Source: Armatimonadota bacterium
GTDB lineage: Bacteria > Armatimonadota > SYMT01
Assembly: GCA_041690135.1 (NCBI GenBank)
Contig: JAWLHY010000005.1
Coordinates: 160,001-224,000, forward strand
Reading direction: 5' to 3'
Length of the DNA: 64,000 bases
In this document: piece by piece, positions 48,619 to 58,365 of the stretch
Position numbering within the stretch: the first letter of the stretch is position 1
Layout: every line of letters begins with the position of its first letter
Program-made: the position numbers and the translations under genes
Notes under the pieces: model-generated
Database searches by the model: none
The model's input: only the letters and a program-made list of their open reading frames with translations
What the model was told of the DNA's origin: nothing

Positions 48619-50094
48619 ATGACCCGAAGGATCCTGACCGCCGCGCTCGCGTTGGCCGCCTTGACTGCCGTGGGAAGCGTGGCACAGCCAAAGCCGGAAT
48701 CCGCCCGTCCCAACGTGCTGTTCATTGCGGTGGATGACCTGCGACCGCAGATGGGCTGCTACGGGGACCGCCTGGCGAAGACGCCCCACATCGACCGCCT
48801 CGCCGCCCAGGGCGTGGTGTTCGACCGGGCCTATTGCCAGCAGGCCGTCTGCAGCCCCTCGCGGACCTCGCTGCTTACCGGCCGCCGTCCGGACACGACG
48901 AAGGTCTACGATCTCGATACCCCTTTCCGGAAGAACCTGCCGGAAGTGGTCACCCTTCCGCAGCATTTCAAGGCCTACGGCTACCACAGCCAGGGAATGG
49001 GCAAGATCTACCACGGCGGTCTGGACGATGCCGCTTCCTGGTCGGTGCCGCACTGGATGCCGAAGCGACCGGGATTCGGCCCGGAGGGTCAGAAGCTGCT
49101 CACCCGGCTCCGCCAGGAGGCCCGGGCCGCCGGCAAAGACCTGACCAAACGGTCGAACCAGCCGCGCGGGCTGCCCTGGGAAGCCCCGGAGGTGGAAGAC
49201 AGCGCTTTGCCCGACGGCGCGATTGCGGACCACGCCGTGGAGACCCTGCGCCAGGTAAAGGATCGCCCTTTCTTCCTGGCGGTCGGCTTCATCAAGCCGC
49301 ACCTGCCGTTCGTGGCTCCCAAGAAGTACTGGGATCTCTACTCCCGCGAGCAGTTCCGCCTGGCGGATAATCCGCACCCGCCGAAGGGCGCCCCCACTTA
49401 CTCCTTGAGCAACTGGGGCGAACTGCGCGCCTACCTGGGGATGCCGAAGCAGGGACCGGTGACGGAGGACCAGGCGCGCAGCCTGATCCACGGCTACTAT
49501 GCCAGCATGAGCTACATGGACGCCCAGGTGGGCAAGGTGCTGGCGGAGCTCGACCGGTTGGGGCTGCGCGAGAACACGATTGTGGTGCTGTGGGGCGACC
49601 ACGGCTGGGAGTTGGGCGAGCACGGGGAGTGGTGCAAGCACGAGAACTACGAGACCTCCACGCGGGCGCCGCTGATCGTCTCCGCTCCTGGCCGCAAGGC
49701 GAACGGCAAGACCAGCCGCGCCCTGGTGGAGTTCGTGGACCTCTACCCCACCCTCACTGAGCTTTGCGGTCTGCCGCTACCAGAGGGGCTGGAAGGGACG
49801 AGTTTCCAGCCGCTGCTGGAACAGGCCGACCGTCCCTGGAAGAAGGCGGCGTTCAGCCAGTATCCCCGCAACGTAGCGCGGATGGGTCGCGGCATGGGGT
49901 ATACGCTGCGGACCGACCGTTACCGCCTGGTGGAGTGGACGCTGCCCGGTAAGGATTTCCAGGAGTACGAGCTTTATGACCACCAGACGGACCCGGGGGA
50001 GAACGTCAATCTGGCGCAGCAGCCGGAGCACGCGGAGCTAGTGAAGAAGCTGGCGGAGCAGTTACACGCGGGTTGGCAGGCGGCCCGGCCATAA
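48619..50094 (+). CDS. Exported sulfatase (iduronate/choline-sulfatase-like, family S1)
   Basis: PNVLFIAVDDLR, CSPSR FGly motif, GKIYH, KPHLP, GDHG. Confidence 0.93.
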   Translation: MTRRILTAALALAALTAVGSVAQPKPESARPNVLFIAVDDLRPQMGCYGDRLAKTPHIDRLAAQGVVFDRAYCQQAVCSPSRTSLLTGRRPDTTKVYDLDTPFRKNLPEVVTLPQHFKAYGYHSQGMGKIYHGGLDDAASWSVPHWMPKRPGFGPEGQKLLTRLRQEARAAGKDLTKRSNQPRGLPWEAPEVEDSALPDGAIADHAVETLRQVKDRPFFLAVGFIKPHLPFVAPKKYWDLYSREQFRLADNPHPPKGAPTYSLSNWGELRAYLGMPKQGPVTEDQARSLIHGYYASMSYMDAQVGKVLAELDRLGLRENTIVVLWGDHGWELGEHGEWCKHENYETSTRAPLIVSAPGRKANGKTSRALVEFVDLYPTLTELCGLPLPEGLEGTSFQPLLEQADRPWKKAAFSQYPRNVARMGRGMGYTLRTDRYRLVEWTLPGKDFQEYELYDHQTDPGENVNLAQQPEHAELVKKLAEQLHAGWQAARP

Positions 50095-50413
50095 TCAGCG
50101 GTGGTGTGATCGCAGTTGCCTCTCTAGCAATGGCGGGATACGGCCGCTGGCACCTTGTGCAGTGAGTATGGCGGGTGCGGTGACCGAAGTGACCTCATCC
50201 CCCGCCACCCACTTCGTGGGTACCCGGCCCACCCCCGCGGGGCGTAAACTTCTCCGACGCAGTGAAGGGGGGCTCACGGCTCAGCCCAGGGGGACGGTGG
50301 GTTTGCTCGTAAGGGTGCTTCCCACCCTATCTCCCGAGAAAGCTCACACGGCACGACGGGTGCGTGCCCAGGACGGGGCAGGCATCGGAGAGCCTCCCCT
50401 ACATTTACAGTTG

Positions 50414-50458
50414 CAATGACAATGGCTGTCCTGTTCACCAGGACAGCCATTGTCATTG
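50414..50458. terminator. Perfect 20-bp inverted repeat between convergent genes
   Basis: CAATGACAATGGCTGTCCTG-ttcac-CAGGACAGCCATTGTCATTG. Confidence 0.65.
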
Positions 50459-50545
50459 TCTCGCTACGGGGCTGCCGATCATGGCGCCCCCGGTTATATG
50501 CGCTGACCAGCAGGGATAAGCTCCCGCCGGTCCTTTGGGATGGGG

Positions 50546-52804
50546 TTATGAGAGGCGGCGGCAGGCTTCGACGATGCCGGCCACGGTGGGAACGGCGGCG
50601 TCCTCAAGCGGGGGGCTCATCGGCACCGGGGTGTCGGCGGCGGCGAGGAGGGTCGGCGGGCCGTCGAGGTAGCTGAAGCCGGTGCGGCCGTTCTCGAACC
50701 GGTACTCCATCACCCGGCGGATGATGTCCTCGCCCACGCTGGCGCGCGGGTAGCACTCCTGCACCATCACCAGGCGCCCGGTCTTGCGGACCGATTCCGC
50801 GATGGTCTTGATGTCGAGCGGGTTGAGGGTCCGCGGGTCGATCACCTCTGCGTCGATCCCGTCCTTCTCCATGGCAGCCGCAGCGGCGAGCGCGAAGTGG
50901 ACCATGCGGCTGTAGGCGACGATCGTTACGTCTTTCCCCGGCCGCTTGATATCCGCCACGCCCAGCGGGATGAGGTACTCCTCTTCCGGCACCGGGCCCT
51001 GGACCTTGGCGTACATCTCCTTGTGCTCGATGAAAAGCACCGGGTTCTCGTCGCGTATCGAGGACTTCAGCAGGCCCTTGGCATCGTAGGGGGTGCTCGG
51101 CATCACCACGTAGAGGCCGGGGATGTGCATGAACCAGCTTTCCAGGCTTTCGCTGTGGGTGGCCGCGAAGGAGCGCCCTACCCCACCCTCCGTCCGGATC
51201 ACGCACGGGACCTTGATCTTACCGCCGAACTGGTAGCGATTGTAGGCGATGTTGTGGACGAGCTGATTGCTGGCGATGGTGATGAAGTCGATGTACATGA
51301 TCTCGGCGATGGGACGCATGTCGCGCATTGCCGCGCCGCAGGCCGCCCCGACCACCGCCGCCTCGGAGATGGCCGTATCGATGACCCGGCGTCCGCCGAA
51401 CTCCTGGAAGAGGCCGCGGGTCGCCCCGTAGGCCCCACCGTAGATCCCGATGTCTTCACCGAGCAGGATGACCCGCTCGTCCCGCTTCATTTCTTCCCGG
51501 TGGGCTTCCTGGAGGGCTTCCACCATGGGGATGATGCGCATCCCGTGCTCCGTCACCAGGGCGTCCGTTTCGGGCTTGCCGAGCCGCGGGAGCACGTTGG
51601 ACGGATCGTCGCCCGCGGTTTCGCGGAACTTCGCATAGAAGGCGGTCTCGACCGGCTTGACCTTCTTCCAGAGCGCCTGCTCTGCCTCTACTTGCCGTTT
51701 CACCTCGGACGGGTCGGGATCGACATAGACGTTGTCGAACAACTCGGAAGGATCCGGGAAGGGGCTCTCGAGCGCGAAACGCACCGATTCCTCGATGGTG
51801 GCCTTGGCCTTCGCGCGGAGGGCGTCGACCTCTTCCTGCGTGAACAGCTCGCTATCCGTCAGCCGGCGAGCAAAGATCTCGATCGGGTCCCGCTCGCGCC
51901 ACTGACGCTCTTCTTCGCGGGTGCGGTAGGCGCGGGCGTCGCTGAGGCTGTGGCCGTAGTAGCGGTAAGTCTTACACTCCACCAGCGTCGGACCGCCGCC
52001 CGACCGGGCGCGCTCGACGGCTTCCTCAATGGCGGCCTTTACGGCGAGCACGTCCTGCCCGTCCACGATGACGCCGGGCATCGGGTAGGCCGCGCCGCGG
52101 TCGGCGATGTGGGGGATCTTGGAAGCGGTGTGAAGGCCTTCCACGGAACTGGCGTTGAACGGCACGGACATGCCGTATTGGTTGTTCTCGCAGATGTAGA
52201 CAACCGGGAGGCCGTTGAAGAGCGCGGCGCCCATGTTCAGGGCCTCATGGAAGGCGCCGGTGTTGGTGGCCCCGTCGCCGAAGAAGCAGAGGACCACGCT
52301 ATCCGAGCCCCGCAGGTGCTCGGCCAGAGCGGCCCCGGTGGCGACCGGCAGGTTACCGGCCACGATGCCGGTGGCGCCCAGGTTGCCCTTCTCCACGTCC
52401 GCAATGTGCATCGAGCCGCCGCGGCCTCGACAGTAGCCGGTGGAGCGCCCGAACAACTCCGCCATCATTGCGTTCCAGTGGTCCTGCCGCTCCTCTTCGG
52501 TGGCGGCCATCAGGTTGCCCATGGCGCCGCAGTGCCCGTGGCCCCGGTGCGTGCTGGCGACGAAATCGCGCTGGGTGATGGCGGCGCAGGCCCCGGTGGG
52601 GACCGCTTCCTGCCCCGCCGACATGTGGGTGGCGCCGCGGAGCTTGCCTGCCCGGTACATGTTGTAGAGGCCGTCCTCAAACTCCCGGATCTCGCACATC
52701 GTGCGGAGATAATCCGCCAGCTCCTCTCGCGTGTACTTGCCTTGCTTGACCTTCTCGGCCAGCGAGGCGCCGGACAACTGCTCCAGTTGCGAATCGGTAA
52801 TCAT
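50546..52804 (-). CDS. Fused E1 alpha/beta 2-oxoacid (pyruvate/acetoin) dehydrogenase
   Basis: GQEA, STHRGHGH, GDGATN..ENN, GHS, then GEDIG, DTAISE, IDPRTL. Confidence 0.9.
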   Translation of the reverse strand: MITDSQLEQLSGASLAEKVKQGKYTREELADYLRTMCEIREFEDGLYNMYRAGKLRGATHMSAGQEAVPTGACAAITQRDFVASTHRGHGHCGAMGNLMAATEEERQDHWNAMMAELFGRSTGYCRGRGGSMHIADVEKGNLGATGIVAGNLPVATGAALAEHLRGSDSVVLCFFGDGATNTGAFHEALNMGAALFNGLPVVYICENNQYGMSVPFNASSVEGLHTASKIPHIADRGAAYPMPGVIVDGQDVLAVKAAIEEAVERARSGGGPTLVECKTYRYYGHSLSDARAYRTREEERQWRERDPIEIFARRLTDSELFTQEEVDALRAKAKATIEESVRFALESPFPDPSELFDNVYVDPDPSEVKRQVEAEQALWKKVKPVETAFYAKFRETAGDDPSNVLPRLGKPETDALVTEHGMRIIPMVEALQEAHREEMKRDERVILLGEDIGIYGGAYGATRGLFQEFGGRRVIDTAISEAAVVGAACGAAMRDMRPIAEIMYIDFITIASNQLVHNIAYNRYQFGGKIKVPCVIRTEGGVGRSFAATHSESLESWFMHIPGLYVVMPSTPYDAKGLLKSSIRDENPVLFIEHKEMYAKVQGPVPEEEYLIPLGVADIKRPGKDVTIVAYSRMVHFALAAAAAMEKDGIDAEVIDPRTLNPLDIKTIAESVRKTGRLVMVQECYPRASVGEDIIRRVMEYRFENGRTGFSYLDGPPTLLAAADTPVPMSPPLEDAAVPTVAGIVEACRRLS

Positions 52805-52917
52805 GAACTGCCTCGTTCGTCGGTGGCCCCACACCCTACCGGACAATGGTACGCACGGGAAGCCAGCCAAGGGAAAGAAACGACCGGTAAAAGGGTATCC
52901 TCCGTTTTTGGAATACG

Positions 52918-53673
52918 TCAACCCGACGACCGTTCGTTGCCCGTGATGCGGTGGTCGGCGCATGCTTCCATGTAAGTCAACTCCAGCTCAACCGGCACGA
53001 CCTCACCGCCTCGCAAAAACAAGGGAAGACCCGGTATGGGCTCACCGACGCCGAATTCGCGGAGCCACAGCTCTACGTTCCAGACAGTGCGCGTGCCGGT
53101 GGGATGATAGGCGACGGCATACAGCGGGCGCCGGTCCGAAGGTGGGCGAACCTCTGGACCACTATCTACGAAGCGGGAAAGCCACTCCGCGTGGAGCGAA
53201 GCCCGCCGTTCGGTGACGAGATCCGCCACCACCACCGAGATTCCCCGCTGAAGGTAGGCCTGAATTTTGGCAGCGAACGCATGGCGCGTCTCGGGACAGT
53301 CTTTGTTGCCGGGGCTGACCAGCTCAATCGCGCCTACCAACTCGTTGCCGCCAGGGCGCCAGACGATGCGGACTTCCATTTCCGGGAGGAAAACTCCCGG
53401 AACGGCTTCATCCGGGGGAGGCGGAACATACCCTGCCCTCTCTTCGCCTGAATGCGCCGGTGCAGCGTCATAGACTGCGCGGGGCTCCCGAAGCAAAACG
53501 GCCGCGTCCGCCTCTCCGTTCGGCGCCAGTGCCGCCCGTCCGAGCGCCATGTACTCGGGCGGAAGCGTGTGGAGATTCAGCCGCCGCACGAGGGCCGCAA
53601 TCCAGGCGCTGTGGAGCGATTGCCAGGGGCACTGGACGCTGACTGGCGGTTGGAAGTGGTCGAGGACCGGCAT
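52918..53673 (-). CDS. DUF4058 / Uma2-like PD-(D/E)XK protein
   Basis: MPxLDHF..WxSxHxxW, AIELVSPGNKD, PxLPLFL. Confidence 0.75.
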   Translation of the reverse strand: MPVLDHFQPPVSVQCPWQSLHSAWIAALVRRLNLHTLPPEYMALGRAALAPNGEADAAVLLREPRAVYDAAPAHSGEERAGYVPPPPDEAVPGVFLPEMEVRIVWRPGGNELVGAIELVSPGNKDCPETRHAFAAKIQAYLQRGISVVVADLVTERRASLHAEWLSRFVDSGPEVRPPSDRRPLYAVAYHPTGTRTVWNVELWLREFGVGEPIPGLPLFLRGGEVVPVELELTYMEACADHRITGNERSSG

Positions 53674-53702
53674 ACCGCTATTGTACCGGGGATGACATGA
53701 AA

Positions 53703-53736
53703 AGACCGGGCCGGGAGAGTTCTCCCGGCCCGGTCT
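53703..53736 (-). terminator. Intrinsic terminator after the E2 gene
   Basis: AGACCGGGCCGGGAGA/TCTCCCGGCCCGGTCT followed by TTT. Confidence 0.75.
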
Positions 53737-53890
53737 CGATTCCGTATCCCCCGCGTACGGGAGGGACTATCTGAACCAGGATGGTTGAGATAGTCCCATA
53801 GCGCGTTGCTCTGTCGCCCCTCCAGGGCTTTTCTGTGCCCGCGCGCGGGCACCCGTCTCTCTCCGCCCCTCCGGGCTACCGACCATTCTG

Positions 53891-55135
53891 TTAGCCGAAC
53901 AGGCTGATGGGGCTTTGCAGGAGGCGCTTGACTTCCTGCATGAACTGGGCGCCCGTGTGGCCGTCCACCAGGCGGTGATCCACGCTGATGGTGAGGCTCA
54001 TCTGCTTGCCCGGCACGACCTGGCCGTTGTCCACGATCGGCACTTCGCGGATGGTCCCCACCGCCATGATGGCGGCTTCCGGCGGGTTGATGATCGCCTG
54101 GAACTGGGCGATGTCGAACATGCCCAGGTTGGAGACGGTGAACGTGCCGCCCGAGTACTCGCTGGGCTGAAGCTGACCCTTGCGGGCGCGCTCCGCCAAC
54201 TGCCGGATCTCCGACCCCAGCGTGGAGAGGCTCTTGACGTGCGCGTCGCGAACGACCGGGACGATCAGCCCTTCATCCAGGGCGACCGCCACCCCGACGC
54301 TGACCGTGTCGGGCAAGACGATCGCTTCGCCATCGAGCTGCGAGCCGAGCTGTGGGAACTTCAACAAGGCGAGGGCGCAGGCGCGCACCACCATGTCGTT
54401 GAAGCTGATCCGCCGATCTTCATCCACGCTGGCGTTGAACTCCTTGCGGAGCCGGAAGGCGGACCGCATATCCACCTCGATGGTGAGGTAGAAGTGCGGA
54501 ATCGTCTGCTTACTCTGCTGAAGCCTTCGCGCGATGACCTTTCGCATCGTGCTCATCGGCCGGCGTTCCCCGGTAAGGGTGGACGGAACCGCGGCCGGAG
54601 GCGTGAAGGCGGGCGCCGCGGCCGGGCCTGCCGGGCGGCTGCGCAGGGCATCCTCCACGTCGGCCTCGATGATCCGACCGCCGGGGCCGGTGCCCCGGAC
54701 CCCGCTGAGGTCGATGCCGTGCTCCGCGGCCACCTTACGGGCCAGGGGGCTGGCCTTGACACGGCCACCCGCCGGCGCGGTCGGCGCCACCGGAGTCGGT
54801 TCCGGCTGGACCACGGCACCCCCCGAGTTGTCGACGGGCTGCGGTTCCGGAGTCTTCTTCTTTTCTTCCGCCGGCTTGGGGGCGGGCGCCGCGCCGCCGT
54901 CCTGGCCGCCGACGATGGCAATCGTCGCGCCGACCTGGACGGTCTGCCCTTCCTTGACGAGGATCTCGGTCAGGTCCCCTTCTACCAGCGCGGGGATCTC
55001 GATCGTAGCCTTTTCGGTTTCGATTTCAGCGACGGTTTCGCCCAGGACGAGCTTGTCACCTGGCTTCTTGAGCCAGCGGAGGATGGTACCCTCCTCCATT
55101 GCGTCGCCCATCTTCGGCATCACCAATTCCGCCAT
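53891..55135 (-). CDS. pdhC: Dihydrolipoamide acetyltransferase E2
   Basis: Lipoyl ETEKA, ASPLAR..GTGPGGRI, DHRLVDG. Confidence 0.94.
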   Translation of the reverse strand: MAELVMPKMGDAMEEGTILRWLKKPGDKLVLGETVAEIETEKATIEIPALVEGDLTEILVKEGQTVQVGATIAIVGGQDGGAAPAPKPAEEKKKTPEPQPVDNSGGAVVQPEPTPVAPTAPAGGRVKASPLARKVAAEHGIDLSGVRGTGPGGRIIEADVEDALRSRPAGPAAAPAFTPPAAVPSTLTGERRPMSTMRKVIARRLQQSKQTIPHFYLTIEVDMRSAFRLRKEFNASVDEDRRISFNDMVVRACALALLKFPQLGSQLDGEAIVLPDTVSVGVAVALDEGLIVPVVRDAHVKSLSTLGSEIRQLAERARKGQLQPSEYSGGTFTVSNLGMFDIAQFQAIINPPEAAIMAVGTIREVPIVDNGQVVPGKQMSLTISVDHRLVDGHTGAQFMQEVKRLLQSPISLFG

Positions 55136-56156
55136 AGGTCGCTCTTCCTTCTTTTGCGCCATTCCCTGAGTAGTCGACGTGCCGCGCCAGGGTGCGCCGC
55201 GCGGCTGCTACGATCTTTGCTTCATCCGGGGCCCAGATCTTCTCCAGGTTCCGGGCGTACGGCATCGGGGTGTCCTCGCCGGTAAGGGTCTCGACCGGGG
55301 CATCCAACTCGTCGAAGACGAGCTTATAGATGCGCGAGGTGATCTCGGAAGCCGCGCTGCAGGTGGGGTTCTCTTCCGTGACGACCACGGCGCGGTGCGT
55401 CTTGGCGACGGAGGCGGCGAGCCGTTCCTCGTCCATCGGCACCAGCGAGCGGAGGTCGAGCACTTCCGCCTCGATCCCCTCTTCCGCGAGGGCTTCCGCC
55501 GCCCGGAGGCACATCTGCGACATGCGGGAGTAGCTCACCAGCGTGACGTGCTTCCCTTCGCGGCGAACGACGGCCTCGCCGATCGGCACCAGGCCTTCGT
55601 CTTCCGGCACTTCGCCCTTCAGGGTGTAAAGGCCGGCGTGCTCGAGGAAGATCACCGGGTTGGGATCGCGGATCGCCGACTTCAGCAGGCCGCGGGCATC
55701 CGCGGGGGTGGAGGGCAGCACCACCTTCATCCCCGGGTGGTACATGAACCAGGCTTCCAGCGAGTGGCTGTGCTGTGCCGCCAACTGCTCGCCCTTGCCG
55801 TTAGGGGCACGGACGACCATCGAGGTGGGCAACTGGCCGCCGGACATGTAGTAGTTCTTGGCCGCGTGGTTGATGATGGCATCCAGGGCACGAATGCTGA
55901 AGTTGATGGTCATGAACTCGACCACCGGCTTCAGGCCAAGCATCGCGGCCCCAACGGCGAGGGCAGTAAACCCTTCCTCGGAAATCGGGGTATCGATAAC
56001 CCTCTTGGGCCCGAACCGGTCCAGAAGGCCTTCGGTCACCCGGAAGGTGCCCTGGTACTGCGCCACTTCTTCCCCGATGATAAAGACCTCGGGGTCGCGC
56101 TCCAGCTCTTCGGCCATCGCCTGGCGCAACGCTTCACGGAATGTAATAACAGGCAT
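55056..56156 (-). CDS. pdhB: Pyruvate dehydrogenase E1 beta
   Basis: ITFREAL, GEEVAQYQG, DTPISE, AAQHS. Confidence 0.93.
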   Translation of the reverse strand: MPVITFREALRQAMAEELERDPEVFIIGEEVAQYQGTFRVTEGLLDRFGPKRVIDTPISEEGFTALAVGAAMLGLKPVVEFMTINFSIRALDAIINHAAKNYYMSGGQLPTSMVVRAPNGKGEQLAAQHSHSLEAWFMYHPGMKVVLPSTPADARGLLKSAIRDPNPVIFLEHAGLYTLKGEVPEDEGLVPIGEAVVRREGKHVTLVSYSRMSQMCLRAAEALAEEGIEAEVLDLRSLVPMDEERLAASVAKTHRAVVVTEENPTCSAASEITSRIYKLVFDELDAPVETLTGEDTPMPYARNLEKIWAPDEAKIVAAARRTLARHVDYSGNGAKEGRATYGGIGDAEDGRRNGGGYHPPLAQEAR

Positions 56157-56254
56157 TTGTTAACCGCTATCCAGTCTAAGCGGGCCCTGCCCCGCTGATA
56201 CTACTCTTGACGCTGCAAGCCGCAGCGGCGGGGCCAACCACGCTTCGCGCCGTC

Positions 56255-57208
56255 CTAAGCCAGGATGTGCGCGTAAAGCTCCTCTTCGCCCGGGAGCGGG
56301 CTCTCCTCCGCGAAGCGAAGGCACTCTTCTACTTCGGCGTGGACTTCCTGATGGATCCGTTCCACGTCCTGTTCGGTGATGGCGCCCTGCTCCAGGAGCC
56401 ACGCCTCGACCCGGCCGATCGGGTCCCGGGTCTTCCACTTCTCCACCTCTTCCGGGGTGCGGTACTTGGCGCCGTCCGCGGCCCCGTGGCCTCGGTAGCG
56501 GTAGGTCATCACCTCGAGGAGGGCGGGCTTGCTGGTCTCGCGCACCTGGGAGATCACGCGCTCGGCGACCTCGCGAACGGTGAAGAGGTCCATGCCGTCG
56601 ACCCGCTCGCCGTGCATCTGGTATCCGGCCGCGCGCTTATACAGCTCCGGCTCGGAGGAAGAGCGGTCGACCGACGTCCCCATCGCGTACTGGTTGTTCT
56701 CGATGATGAAGACGATGGGCAGCTCCCAGAGGGCAGCCAGGTTCATTGTTTCGTGGAAGAGGCCGGTCTGGCAGGCGCCGTCGCCGAAGAAGCAGAGGCA
56801 AACCTTCTTCTCCTCGCGGTACTTCAAGCCAAACGCGAGGCCGGCACCCATTCCGATGCCGGCCCCCACGATTCCGGATCCTCCGTAGAACCCGTGCTCC
56901 TTGCTGAAAAGGTGCATCGAACCGCCCTTACCGCGGGAGCAACCGGTGACCTTGCCATACAGCTCCGCCATCGCCTCGTTGATGCCGCCGCCGCAGGCGA
57001 TGAAGTGCCCGTGATCCCGGTAGGAGTCGATCACCACGTCCCCTTTTTCGAGGACGGAGATGAGCCCACAAGCCACCGCTTCCTGACCGATGTAGAGGTG
57101 CAGGTAGCCGCCGATCTTGTTCAACTTGTAGGCGATGTCGGACCGGTCTTCAAACCGGCGGATTACCAGCATCTGCCGGTAGATCCGAAGTACTTCGTTG
57201 GTGTCCAT
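56255..57208 (-). CDS. pdhA: Pyruvate dehydrogenase E1 alpha
   Basis: GYLHLYIGQEA, YRDHG, GDGA..ENN, YRYRGH. Confidence 0.94.
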   Translation of the reverse strand: MDTNEVLRIYRQMLVIRRFEDRSDIAYKLNKIGGYLHLYIGQEAVACGLISVLEKGDVVIDSYRDHGHFIACGGGINEAMAELYGKVTGCSRGKGGSMHLFSKEHGFYGGSGIVGAGIGMGAGLAFGLKYREEKKVCLCFFGDGACQTGLFHETMNLAALWELPIVFIIENNQYAMGTSVDRSSSEPELYKRAAGYQMHGERVDGMDLFTVREVAERVISQVRETSKPALLEVMTYRYRGHGAADGAKYRTPEEVEKWKTRDPIGRVEAWLLEQGAITEQDVERIHQEVHAEVEECLRFAEESPLPGEEELYAHILA

Positions 57209-57480
57209 GCGATCCTTCAGGAACCCCTTCACGGGGAGATGCGTGCGCCGCCTCGCTCCCGTGGGTCCAGTCAGAGTGAGCCGTGCCACAGTCCGGCCCG
57301 GAGACCGGCGCGCGGGTCCCTCAACAGCCGGGTTCAAAATTACCGGCAGAATAATATCAGGTTCCCGCGCGAAACAGCGAAACTTCTGTGGTAAGCCGGT
57401 GCGCCCGTTGCGTACCACGCCAATCTTAAGTCTTTCCGAGCGCTGTCCCAACCCCTTGAGGGTGTTGGGAAATTCGATCA

Positions 57481-57664
57481 CGGGCAGTTGCACTGCCCGC
57501 AGGGCCTTCGTCCCGCAGTTGAACTGCGGGGGCCAATGGTGCAGCAGTCGTTCCGGATCATCGATATCGCCAGTTCCGGCCCCTGGTCAGGAGCGGCGCA
57601 GTGCAACCCCTACGGGCCGTATGGCTGCGCTCGAAACGTTCCGGCTGCAGTGCAACTGCAGCCG
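57481..57664. repeat. Cluster of REP-like hairpins with a CAGT..ACTG core
   Basis: CGGGCAGTTGCACTGCCCG (57481), CCCGCAGTTGAACTGCGGG (57512), CGGCTGCAGTGCAACTGCAGCCG (57642). Confidence 0.7.
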
Positions 57665-57693
57665 ATCCTGCAGAATTCTTCAAAACCGCCCCC

Positions 57694-58152
57694 CTAGATT
57701 TCCAGGCGTTCGAAGCGGGTCTCTGTTGGGTTCAGTACGTCTCGCACCTTATCATAAGCCGCTTCCACCGCCCGCCGGCGCGCGTCCTGGGTGGTCCGTT
57801 CGGGGGTACCCGGCACGGTCAACTCCGGGCGCAGCTCGCTCATCCGCTCGTTGTAGGCCGCGTCAACCTCCGCCAGCCCCGCACCGGGCTTCACCTGGAG
57901 CAACTCGTAAGCCGCTTCCAGCGGATCGTGCTGACCGGCGGCGGTGGGCGCCGGCGGCTCCGGAAGTACGGTCGAGCCCGTGCGTGCGGTCGTGGTGGGC
58001 ACGGTGCCGGGCTCTGGGCGCACCCGCAAAGCATCTGCCAGCTCCTGGTAGGCGTCGGCCTCCGCCAGCTTCTCTTCCAGGCTGCGGAGCTGGTCTCCCG
58101 CCATCACCCAGCGCCCCTTGACGATGCGCCATACACGTTCCGGAATACTCAT
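57694..58152 (-). CDS. Protein with a C-terminal degenerate J-domain
   Basis: AYELLQVKPGAGLAEVDAAYNERMSELRPE...VEAAYDKV; HPD replaced by RPE. Confidence 0.65.
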   Translation of the reverse strand: MSIPERVWRIVKGRWVMAGDQLRSLEEKLAEADAYQELADALRVRPEPGTVPTTTARTGSTVLPEPPAPTAAGQHDPLEAAYELLQVKPGAGLAEVDAAYNERMSELRPELTVPGTPERTTQDARRRAVEAAYDKVRDVLNPTETRFERLEI

Positions 58153-58365
58153 AGTCTCATCTCCCCCGCCCCATTATCACCGGGACGTGCATGGATGTCA
58201 CGTTTCAGGCGGAGTGCGAAGTCCGTCGTGACAGGGCCGCCGTCCCTTCTCCCCGGATTGAAATCCGAGGCTGACCGAAGTACCGCCCAAGGGCACCCGG
58301 CGCGGACTGTTCGGTGCGGTCCCCCTTGAGATGATGAATCGTGTGTCGGGGTATCGAAAGTCCCC

